Shown here: one piece after another, positions 12,140 through 23,300 of the stretch
Layout of the letters: every line of letters begins with the position of its first letter
Numbering within the stretch: position 1 is the first letter of the stretch
Origin: Octopus sinensis
Lineage: Eukaryota
Assembly (NCBI RefSeq): GCF_006345805.1
Contig: NC_042998.1
Coordinates: forward strand, 167,400,001 to 167,464,000
Reading direction: 5' to 3'
DNA: 64,000 nucleotides
The notes under the pieces: generated by a model
Told to the model about the DNA's origin: nothing
Databases searched by the model: none
What the model saw: only the letters and a program-made list of their open reading frames with translations
Position numbers and translations under genes: made by a program

Positions 12140-13310
12140 AGTATATATGTAGCAGTTGCCCACAGATATACTCTTTTTCTTTGATTTTGAAAGATATTTA
12201 TATCTGCAGGGCAGCTAACATCTATGATGGTACATACCTTTGCCCCTCTGTCCCAAAAAACAATATCCGGCCTCTATGCTTGCATTTGACAGAAGCTTTG
12301 ATGGGAATATTCCACCAGTATTCCTTCAGTTGGTGTTTATGAATGCATTCCATAGCAAAGGGATTTTCTAAGTTTATTTCAGAACAGTCTTTTTTGCGGA
12401 TGGCATTGTAAATTGTGTTAGCAAAAACGTCGTTCTGCATAGGAAGGTAGTACCGTGATGACACTTTAGGACAACTGCTAATCACATGCGTAATGTCTTC
12501 CCCGGAAACATGGCATAGCCTACATATGCGGTTGCACCTTGGGATTACAAAAGCGTCACTGTCTCTCTTGTTCACCAGGTACTTTGCGCAATCTCACGTT
12601 CTTGGATTGCAAATGCAAAGCCTTCAAAGTGTGATGTGATGAAGTGGTCTTGTGTCCAAGAGAAGCTGCGCTTCGTGTCAATTCTACTGTCTTCTTCAAG
12701 CTTCCGAGCAACATACCCATGCGTGGGCTTTTTCTTTTAGTATGCTGCGTACTTTCCATTGAAGTCTTCTCTGAGATAAGAGATCTCAGCTGTTTTGCGG
12801 CTGTATAGGAAATCATCAGGAAGAGAGTGTTTCCCAAGGAGTTCACTGCCAACTCGTACAATGTTGCTCACTTCACTTTTCAGCACTGCATTAATATATT
12901 TGTTTTTGCTGCTGTTGTTTAGCAAGTGCTGTCTGGGTGATACCATACGACATTCGAAGGCCGTCTGCACTGATCTCAGGCCTCTTCCACCTTCATTTCT
13001 TCTTAGATAGAACCTGTCAACATCACTGTTTTTGTAGAAGTTCCCAGTTGTTTTCAGGATTTTGCAGGTTTTGATATCTATGGAGTGGATTTCCTCTACA
13101 GACCAATCAAGTATCCCAAATGTTGGGATCAACACTGGCACTGAAAATGCATTGTGGGATATTGTTTTGTTGTAAGAGGAGAGTTCCAACTGTCACATTT
13201 TCGTAAGTCTAGTGTAATATTCTCGGGTCACTGTCTTTATTCACAGTGGCCTCATATGATACATTTTCGTCTATGCCTAGGTACTTGTGACATTCTTTGT
13301 GTGAAACGGG
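12140..13310 (-). mobile_element. Decayed R4/Dong-like non-LTR retrotransposon (RT C-terminus, CCHC knuckle, start of RLE)
   Basis: KYLG; RFYLRRNEGGRGLRSV; CRLCHVSGEDITHVISSC; YWWNIPI; stops and frameshifts. Confidence 0.85.
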
Positions 13311-13519
13311 GGAGATAGAGAAACCGTTGATGCACAGGTTCTGCGTTTTGGAGACTGACTTTCCTCGTTCTATAACCAAATATCAACACTTCTTTTGGCC
13401 AAATTCCATGCCTCTATTAGCTGAAAATGTGTGTATCTATGGATGGATGGATGGATGGATGGGAGGGCGTGTATGTGCGTGTGTGTATGTGCGTGCGCGT
13501 GTGCGTATAACCACCAAGC

Positions 13520-13790
13520 GCGTTGCATAGTGGCTAAGGTGTCGCCCTCAGGATCGCGAGACCTTGGTTTCGATTCCTCGACTAGGCATTGCGTTTTGTT
13601 CTTGAGCAAAACACTTTACCTCATGTTGCTTTGTGATCTGTTCAACCTCTGACATGTGGTACACCGTTCACATGTAAAGGTAATGCCGATTTGAGGAAAG
13701 GAGTGAGCTAATGCATGACATAAACATTTGACCACTATAAACATATCACCTGTACAGGTGGTTCAGTAAGAAATTGCAGGAAAGTATGTG
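13520..13790 (+). mobile_element. tRNA-derived SINE
   Basis: tagtggctaagg A-box-like motif, ggtttcgattcc B-box-like motif, ttcttgagcaaaacact core. Confidence 0.7.
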
Positions 13791-14305
13791 TTGTGAGTAT
13801 GTATGTATGTATGTATGTATGTATGTATGTATGTATGTATGTATATGTGTATGTGTGTGCGTGTGTGCGTGCGGTGTGTATTAATGCATTGCACACCATT
13901 TTCTTGTTTCGTTTTCTTTCTCTTTGATCTGTTTTTGTTGTTGTTGTTTTTGTTTTGGTGGTGTAAAACAAAAAAAGAAAATACACAGAACATTTTAGCT
14001 GTGACCGAGTTTTTCTATCCTGACTTGAAACTTACCCGGTTGAAATGCAGTTTTCTGCTCACGAAAAATTTCATAAGAAACATATAATATTAACTCAGTG
14101 TTAACTTTACACAGTGATGCATTTTTTAAAAATTGTATACATATCTGAATACTTATAAACTTGTTACCAGTTCAAATATGCTTAGAGCATAATGGAACCC
14201 GTAAGAAAGACATTCCTTGTATTTTGTCATGGAGGAAATTTCTTGTTGCAGACAAATAGGTGCAAACACACCAAATCAGAGTCCGAAGCACTCGACAGCT
14301 TGTCT

Positions 14306-14349
14306 AATGGATGCATGCATTTCGAAGTGATCGTCTCTTCTTCAGCATC
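14306..14349 (-). ncRNA. Minimal type I hammerhead motif
   Basis: Minus strand: GATG-CTGAAGA-AGAG-ACGATCA-CTTC-GAAAT-GCATGC-ATC-CATT; palindromic stem III, AUC site. Confidence 0.6.
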
Positions 14350-14489
14350 AGCTGCCGGAAAGAGGAACGCTACGAGCTGATAGGAGATGGACATCTCGTA
14401 TTCTAATTCCTGTCGTCGTACTATGACTGGTTGCACCAATCGGTGGCTCGCTGTAAATTTATATATATATATATATATATATATTTAAC

Positions 14490-14655
14490 ATGACGGGCTT
14501 ATTTCAATTTCGGTCCGTCAAATCCACTCATTGAGGGTTTGATCGGCCCGGGACTGTAGTAAAAGGCACTTGCCGAATTTGTCGCGCAGGGGGAACTGAA
14601 CCCGAGACCGCTTGGTTGAAAGGAAAGCTTTTTAAACACATAACAAAGCCTGCGC
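14490..14655 (-). mobile_element. SINE family C head
   Basis: Reverse complement of gggttcagttccc...ggcaagtgccttttactacag...tgagtggatttgacggac. Confidence 0.7.
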
Positions 14656-15179
14656 CTCTATAATCACTGTCTTAACATTTCATAGCAAAATTAAAATTGC
14701 ACATTTATGAAAAATGATATATCTTGTATTACAACACTATGTAATAATATACTAAAGGCTAATTATCATTGATATACCAAGTAACCAGACGATTGTGCTA
14801 TGAATATTCAGAGCTGTTGAGCTAAGGTACTACTTGAAACTTGACATTTAACTTTAAGCCTGCATTTAGTGAACGTAATTACACCACTTTGAACTAATTA
14901 ATACCCTTTGATTAGACTGCTGTCATGCGGTAACATTTAAGTCATACCTCCATTTGAATTAGTATTTAATTTCGTTTACTACAGTTTCACCTGGTAATAT
15001 TTTATTCCCCATCTGTATTACAGTAACAGGGAACGGTAACATTATATAAATGTTGGAGGAATACATTTCTTAATAACAGCAATTACAATTTAATTTGATC
15101 TAATATGATTTAATTGAATATAATTTAATATATTTTTTAGCTAATTTACTTCCAGTCACTACAGTTTTATTAGGTAACA

Positions 15180-15673
15180 CAGTACTGGGTCTTTTATCCG
15201 GCTTCCAGAAATCCGAAGTTACTAAAAATCTGGCTATTTCTGAAATTGGCTGGTTTTGAATTTCGCAAGCTAGCTTTGTTGGTTAATCCGCATATGGTGT
15301 TAAAAATAATTTTGCTCTTTACGTTTTTAACGTAGATTGATTAAAGATCAAACAGATTCTACTTTAGAAGTGTATTAATTTTACCTGAATATTAAATTTT
15401 TCTTCATTTAATTTTCATCTGATAAACATTTTACTGTATATATGACATATTTTAGGGTATATTTTAAGTATTTCAAGTAGATTAATGAATATCAAAAAGA
15501 CCCTACTTTAGAAGTGTATTAATATGAATTTGTTAAATACATTTTAGTTCTTTACTTTAGACAGTTTATTTTATATTTTAAGCACATATCTAGGATGTCT
15601 CGATAAAATCGGAAAATCCAGAAATCCTACCCATTTCCTGTCGCAAACTTGCCAGATATTTAGCCCAGTATTG
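15180..15673. mobile_element. Tc1/pogo-type MITE
   Basis: Imperfect TIRs cagtactggg / cccagtattg, TA at right end. Confidence 0.55.
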
Positions 15674-16039
15674 TAGTTAAAATATTCCTTCTTAATTAAT
15701 CATCTTTAATAATTTCAATTTTCAGTTACAATTACTTCTTTGATATCCCTGTACCAATACTGGTGATGATTTCGAGAATATGCACAAAGTCACATTTGTG
15801 ATTTATCAATAATCCTGAACGCCTTCCTCAAGCCACAACCAACCAGCATAAAAAAGACACATTGGATAATGTAGCCTTTGGTGGACTGGCTTGTCACGTC
15901 TGAGATGCCTTTGATCACAGATACACTAGATCAGGGTTGATCTGGAATTCAAATGATACAAAGAAAAAAAACCTCAGTGTTATTTCTGAATCAAAGGTAA
16001 GAGGACAAAATTTAAAAAGTTTGAAAATTATGTAAATTA

Positions 16040-16245
16040 ATATTGGTTTCAGATTTTGGCACAAAGCCAGCAACTTTGGGGAAGGGTCTAAGTCGATTAC
16101 ATCGATTTTAGTGTTCAAGTGGTACTTATTTTATCGATCCCGAAAAGCAAAGTCAACCTCGGGAGAATTTGCATTCAAAACGTCTTTACAGATGAAATGC
16201 CGCTAAGCATTTTGCCTGGTGTGCTACCGACACTGCCAGCTCGCA
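16040..16245 (-). mobile_element. SINE family A
   Basis: ttttggcacaaagccagc...gctaccgacactgccagctcgc. Confidence 0.75.
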
Positions 16246-16336
16246 GTCTTACTCCAACCACATATTGACAACTGTTACCCCTTCTTTTTATCACTTAATT
16301 TTCCTTATTCCTACCTTCAGCTTAGCTTTGTCTATA

Positions 16337-16818
16337 TAGTAATCCCTCGCCATATCGCGGTTCACCTATCGCGCACTGAGTACATCGCGGATTTTTCCGG
16401 CTAATATATGTATATTTATATAGCGGATTCCTCAGTATATCGCGGGTTTCTGCGGCTGATTGGTATTTATAGTTTTTTAGACTTTGATAATTTCTGTAAA
16501 ATAAACATTTCCACGCCTAAAATTAACAAATTAATAAATAAAAAGGAGTACAATACTGCACAGTATAACACATTAATCAAAGTATATAGTGTACCGTAGA
16601 TGAGCAAACAAAGAATCGCACGTACTGCATGGAAAACGAAACTCGGGAGGCGAGTGTGTGGTATTGTTTTGCATTTATAAAATAAATATATACAAATTAT
16701 AAAAATTATAAAAAATATTAAACAATTTATACAGTTCAGTACTGTTTCTACTTCGCGGATTTTCACGTATCGCGGAAGATTTGGGAGTGTAACACCCACG
16801 ATAATCGAAGGATTACTG
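16337..16818. mobile_element. Tigger/pogo-like MITE
   Basis: TA|tagtaatccctcg ... cgaaggattactg|TA, with subterminal atcgcgg motifs. Confidence 0.75.
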
Positions 16819-17174
16819 TATATCTATACATAATCCAATATCTCTAACTATCCCGCTCCTTGAAAACAAATTTTGTTCGAATAAGTTATTCTATACTCAC
16901 ATAAATCCCGTCATTTTTGACAGGTACTTTGCTGATATAGTATTGATATTCTAATAGCGAGTTGTTTTCTTGTGAAATTGATGAAATTATTTGTGAAATT
17001 AATTCAAGACCAACATTTTTTAACAGGTCCTATAAATACGGAAACCACTCCATTAATCCAAAGAATCTAGTGATTCGTCTAAAATAATATATTGTATTTA
17101 AAGCCACGGTATCGCTCTGACTGAATGCATGCAAAATCCACATCTCCAAAAGTTTATGAATTTATTGCTCATAA

Positions 17175-17385
17175 CGAGCTGGCAGAATCGTTAGCGTATC
17201 GGATAAATGCTTTGCAGAATGTCTTCGGGCTCTTTACATTCTGAGTTCAAATGCCGTCGATGTCACCCCTTTACCTTCTATCTTTTCGAGGTTGATAAAA
17301 TAAAGTACTAGTTAAGTATTTAAGGTGAATGTAATCAACAAAAATTGCTTGCCTAATGCTAAAATTTGTAACCGTTATATGAAAC
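17175..17385 (+). mobile_element. SINE family A
   Basis: cgagctggcagaatcgttagc...ttctgagttcaaat. Confidence 0.75.
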
Positions 17386-18008
17386 AGAATAATATTTGAT
17401 GATTTTGTGGTAGTCACAAAGGTCACACGAAGCATATGACTTACCTGTCGATAACCCCCTCCGATAAAGATTAGAAGGTTGAAATAGCAGTAAAATCAAC
17501 AAAAGCCTTCAGTTTTCTGGTGTCGTTTCTTAGCACCGATAACACGAAAAGGACAAAACGTTTGCAATATCAATCGGTCTTGTCGTTCTAGATGAAACAA
17601 GTGCTATTGTAATGTGCAGTTCCCTGCTAAACACAAAGATGACATTGCATATTTAACATGAATGTTTTTACTTTTAGTGCTAATTTCAGCTCATTCTATG
17701 CACAAAGACCAGGAATGAGGGACAGTCAAGACTAGTGTAACATTGATAGTCAAAATAGATATATTTTGACACTTTTCTCCATGCTAAAACAATAAATGTA
17801 ATAAGTAAAAATGGCCAACAACAAAGACAGACGAAAAAGAATAAATATTAATTAACCCATTCAACCTCACTTAGATGTGTTGTTTAAACGCTGTAGACTG
17901 CGATGAGCGTCCCGAAAAATCATTTCGTGTAAACGACAAATGCTAAAAAGGCAAAAGGCTTCAAAATTCTATCGGTTGACGAAATTCCTTTAGCATTGCA
18001 AGCTGCCA

Positions 18009-18054
18009 CTACCGTATCACATGATTTCATCATATTGCAGATCATCAGCGGCAG
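18009..18054 (-). ncRNA. Minimal type I hammerhead motif with decayed stem II
   Basis: Minus strand: CTGCCG-CTGATGA-TCTGCAATATGAT-GAAAT-CATGTG-ATA-CGGTAG; 6-bp stem I. Confidence 0.5.
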
Positions 18055-18424
18055 TTAGCCAAGCACCGAATGCCAGACTAAAGAAATATCCTCCGTTATA
18101 ATTATTTGATGTTACCTTTCATTTAACTGGGGTCAATAAAATAAATATTATAGTGGCAGATCCATGTAACTGACTATACCCCACAAATAATGGCACTGTG
18201 CTTACAATAAAAATCATTAAAATTTTGTGCCTGTTAATATGCATAATATAATAATATAATTCTTACTTTATTAATACAAGGTCATTACCAGTTCAACTAC
18301 ACTTGGAGCATATTTGAACCTGTAAGAAAACCATTCACTGTGTTTTGTCATGGAGAAAATTTTGCCCTGAAGACAAATGGCGTAAATACGCAAAAAAAAA
18401 CCCCAGCTCTCGGCTACCCAATCT

Positions 18425-18468
18425 GTGAGATGCAAACATTTCGGAGGGTTTATATCCTCTTTAGTCGC
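18425..18468 (-). ncRNA. Degenerate hammerhead motif (core CTAAAGA), homologue of 14306-14349
   Basis: Minus strand: GCGA-CTAAAGA-GGA..TCC-GAAAT-GTTTGC-ATC-TCAC. Confidence 0.45.
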
Positions 18469-20401
18469 AGAAACCGGACAGGGTGGGTAGCTTAGCGCTA
18501 CCAACCCGTTACCTTATTTTATTATATCACTTGTTAGGGTTATCTCCACAATTATTCTATAAAAGTTATAGCCAGCACTGATATTTGTTACGACGTTTCG
18601 TATCCGAGACCTCAGATGTAGACAAGCAATGAGATCGAAGATTAAAAAAAAGGGGGTAATGGGTATATATGCCATATTTCGGGAATTTTTGCCCCTTCAT
18701 CAGCACGTATCTAACCTCTTAATCAGCCATGAACACATTGCTTAAATAGCCACTCAATACAGCGATGTAACGTTACTGGATACATCAATTTTACATATCA
18801 AACATATTCCTGGAAGCTGGTACGTAAATATTAATCACTTGTAGAGAGGCGGTCTTTCATATTGTTGTATATTATGGTTGTATAACGAAATACCGCGTCC
18901 CTACGAGTCATTATTATTTTATTATACATGTTTTGGAGCATGAAGAATGCTTGTTTCGTTATATAAATTTACTCATTTTGTCTATAATTAACTGTCTTTA
19001 ACCAGTGTAAGAATAACAATCAAAACGAGAACCAACAGTGTTGCAACTTACACGACCAGATGTGTCACAATAAAAACTTCCTCACAATTATAATTACTGT
19101 AAGAAACAAACGGAAAATAAGCTCAAAATCATGTCTTCTAGTTCAAATTTATTACCATATCATCTGCAATGATGTCCACCTGTTCTAATAATATGTTTCC
19201 ACGCCGTTAGGAGTCATATGAGCTACCATATCAAAGTTTGGGTAGCATATGTTGCTGTCGTATCATGTCATTCTGTTTCATGAACATCTGTTTAAATGGT
19301 ATTTGTTGCTTTATCTGTTGGTATCTTCCCATAAATACTACCGTATCATGTGTTAATAAATAACAGAATTCTCATTAACAAATATTTCATTCCCGTATCA
19401 TTTGTCATATATCATATGCTGTGTTAACTAATTTCTAATCCTTCATAAGCTCTTTTCTATTGATATATTTATTATTCGTAAATGATTTATTATCTGTAAT
19501 TATATCCACTACTGCTTTGTATTGGTTAATGGCAATAACTTGCATATCTAATTATTGATATATCAACTTAAACAACAGTATCTCTGCTATATGACAATTT
19601 TGTAATGGAGATCGATTTCTGCATATATTGATGACGTGACACACTTGTTATGATACGCCACAGAAATGAAGCGATTTATGCTGCTACTTTGAAGTAATAT
19701 GAGATGAGAACTGTGATACACGTATTAACAGCAAGTAGGTGGCTGTGTATTCTTTCACCTTCAATGGCAACGCTATGCCGGCTAGTATTTTATCGTTGAA
19801 CGGAGAATCTGGTTGAAGTGCTTGGGTTTAGTTCAGTTCAGACCTCAAGATGGAGAAAAACAAAAATGTGAGTACAACAAGGATGATCAACATTACAGAG
19901 AAACGAGTGGAGAAAATATCACTAATGGGTCTGACGAAGATGGGAAATATTTGTTGCCTTATTTGTTGTAGGGGTGGTAGTCGTATATTATTGATTGATT
20001 GATCAGTGTGCCGTGTTCCAGATCTCATCTGACTTAACTGAAACATTTGTTAATTCATTATGATGTAAGGAACAGGTTTATTTAGTAACAAGGACCAAAT
20101 GCTGCCAGTACAAACTCCTAGGGATTCTCAGACACCGTCGCTAATGATGCACACGTATGTGCTAAATCTACGATATCTCTACAGATTACTGAATGTTGGG
20201 TAATGTGGGTGACATTTTCCAACTCCGTATCTATTATGCTTGACACAAGATTACAGAGCTAGAGATGGCCTGTAATATTATGACGTGCATAAAGTGACGA
20301 GTGCTTGACATCTTGGTTATTACCAGACATTCACAGCAATATTAATTGGGAAGTGTGGACCATGGAATATATTCGCATTCTAGTGAAACTTAGCGAAGAA
20401 T

Positions 20402-20683
20402 ATGAGCAATGATATTATTGGGTATACACTGGGCATCGATGAGGTTGTACTGGATAATCTTTTTCCGGAGGACTTAGCGGCCGGAGATTAGCTTCATGGA
20501 CACGGCAGTGCCATCAACCTAACTCTAACGCACTATGCAGAGAACGCTATTCAGTGTGCACGGATTGCTAACGCTGAAATATATTGAATAGTTGATATCG
20601 CATCTAGAATGATACTGAGCGATGTCAGATTCTATTGTGACGATTGATCCACCATACAAGAGCTGGTTGATTCCCTACGCACG
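20402..20683 (+). pseudogene. Possible decayed death-domain-like coding remnant
   Basis: MSNDIIGYTLGIDEVVLDNLFPED...DIASRMILSDVRFYCDD*STIQELVDSLRT with 3 in-frame stops, followed by acg|gtaagt; resemblance judged by eye only. Confidence 0.3.
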
Positions 20684-21085
20684 GTAAGTGCCATGTGGTA
20701 GTGCATGTGATTGAAAGAATTAAGAACAAGTTTTTCTCTTTCTTCTCTTTATCTACAAACCTTAACACTTCAGGTTAAAATGAAAGTTGAGAAAATAGAG
20801 AGAAGTGCTTTACTTCAGGCAAATTTTATGAAAGATAGGTGAGATTAGCGAACATTGCATAAGAGGACTGAGCCTTTACCTCTGAATCGAAATTAAAACC
20901 GAAAGAAGAGGGTAGTGGTAATTGGGTTGCAGCGTTATTTTCTGTCTGACACCCGGTATATATGTATGTATGTTTGTATGTATGTATGTATGTATGTATG
21001 TATGTATGTATGTATGATGTATGTATGTATGTAAGTATGTATCTATGTATGTATGTATTTAGGTAGGTAGGTAGGTAGGTAGGTA

Positions 21086-21126
<41 letters not shown>

Positions 21127-21230
21127 CTACGTACGTACGTATGTACATACAAACATATATATTTATATATATAGAGAGAGAGATTTATCATTATGAATAT
21201 GTGTGTATGTATATATGTAAATATAGATTC

Positions 21231-21274
<44 letters not shown>

Positions 21275-21522
21275 GTGTATTTAAATATACAAACGTGTAC
21301 ATATATCTATATTTATATATATATATATGTATGTTAAATTCAACTTACGTTGAAAGTCAGCAAAGTTTGCTTTGGAAGCGCTAAGATGCATTGAAAGACA
21401 CAGATAAGGAAACAATTTTATTCTCAAACGCAGGATAATTCCGATAGTATAAGCATGAACAGGATAAACCATCCATATTTTGCAGAAAATTTTGTCGGCG
21501 GCCAGCGGCTGGCCGCCGACAG

Positions 21523-21599
<77 letters not shown>

Positions 21600-21704
21600 T
21601 GCAAAATATGGATAGTTTATCTTGTTCATGCTATGTTATTGTCATATATATGTATGTATGTATGTATATATATATCTATGCTTATGTATATATATTACTC
21701 TTTA

Positions 21705-22030
21705 CTCTCTTTTACTCTTTTACTTGTTTCAGTCATTTGATTGCGGCCATGCTGGAGCACCGCCTTTAGTCGAGTAAATCAATCCCAGGACTTATTCTTT
21801 GTAAGCCTAGTACTTATTCTATCGGTCTCTTTTGCCGAACCGCTAAGTTATGGGGACGTAAACACACCAGCATTGGTTGTCAAGCGATGTTGGCGGAGAA
21901 ACACAGACACACAAACATATATGCACACATACATATATGTATATATATATATATACATCTATACGATGGGTTTCTCTCAGTTTCCGTCAACCAAATCCAC
22001 TCACAAGGCTCTGGTCGGCCCGAGGCTATA
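21705..22030 (-). mobile_element. SINE family C, near full length with internal microsatellite
   Basis: (TACTCTT)-type tail; ttcagtcatttgattgcggccatgctggagc...ccactcacaaggctctggtcggcccgaggctatag. Confidence 0.85.
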
Positions 22031-22037
22031 GTTCATT

Positions 22038-22099
<62 letters not shown>

Positions 22100-23064
22100 T
22101 TTGCGTGTGTGTGTGTGTTCTTTAAATCGATTATTGTAATATCATATTCAATTACAACTAAGTCACCAGAGATGCTAGACTTTATAACACTTGATAACAT
22201 CTGGCTCCTCTTTCTCTTCGCAGCCAGAAACTAATTTAATCCAGAACAGGTTCTGGTTGTCTATGATGTTTAACTGAGACGCACAATGGAATACTATTGC
22301 CAGATCTGGAATAGAGCTTTTGCCAAACACACGCTCACGATCATCTAAGAGGAAACCCATCTGGTTAATTAGTAATGACCCACTCGCCAACTTCTATTGC
22401 ACGCATGGAGTGTCTCGTTTTCACCTTCTGTCGATGTTACAAAGGTCACTGCTCTTCAGAACCAACTGGTTACATTCCATCTTCACCTCAACCCACACGA
22501 CACGCACGTCTCTTCTCATTTTGTCGTCACCCAAGCTCCTTTCTCACCCAACAATCGTTCTGCTTTAGAAAGTCAAGCCTCAGAAATTACTTTCCTGTTT
22601 TAGTTTCTTTGTACATATGTAGATTCACACATGTTGAAGCATCAAGCTTACTAATGTTGTAGGGTATAAAGTCTCTTCCTATGACTAAACCATAATGAAA
22701 ACATTTCAATATTATCACATCAATGTCTTACTATCAGTGATGGAATGCAACGTGTAATTATCACCTAATTTCATTTTTCCTTTATAATTTTATGTAAGTG
22801 TAAAAACAGCATCTTGTTTTATTGCTTTGTTATCTATGCTCATCTGCTAATGAGATAACAAAAATATACCCGTTGCCGATTTAATTATATGAAGTCATAT
22901 AATGGTACATCATGTTATTTTATCCATATTATGGTACCACACAATGTGTTCCTGTATCAACAACTACTATCTTTATTAGTGGCTCTACTATATAGTATTA
23001 TATTAGTAGCTGTACTATCATTACTTGTATTGTCTACAAACATATTTGTTGTTGAAAGTTTTTC

Positions 23065-23300
23065 TAGATCCGTTGATATATTGGTTTCAAATTTTGGCAC
23101 AAGGCCAACAGTTTCAGAGGAGAGTCTAAGTCGATTAGATTGACACCATTGTTTGACTGGTAATTATTTTATCAACCCTGAAACGATGAAAGCAAAGTCG
23201 ACCGCGGCGGAATTTCAAACCAGAACATAAACACGGACGAAAGAAATACTGCTAAGCATTTTGCATTGGGTGCTAACGATTCTGCCAGTCTGCTGCCTTA
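23065..23300 (-). mobile_element. SINE family A, interrupting a decayed ORF-like region
   Basis: tttggcacaaggccaac...gctaacgattctgccagtc. Confidence 0.8.

Noticed and set aside
14165-14260. Carboxylesterase-like VFCHGGNF exon
   Set aside because: In-frame stop, no conserved splice sites between the two copies, and linked to an HHR repeat; kept only as an alternative in the finding.
19933-19960. CTGACGA-AGATGG-GAAAT
   Set aside because: Stems I to III cannot be formed convincingly.
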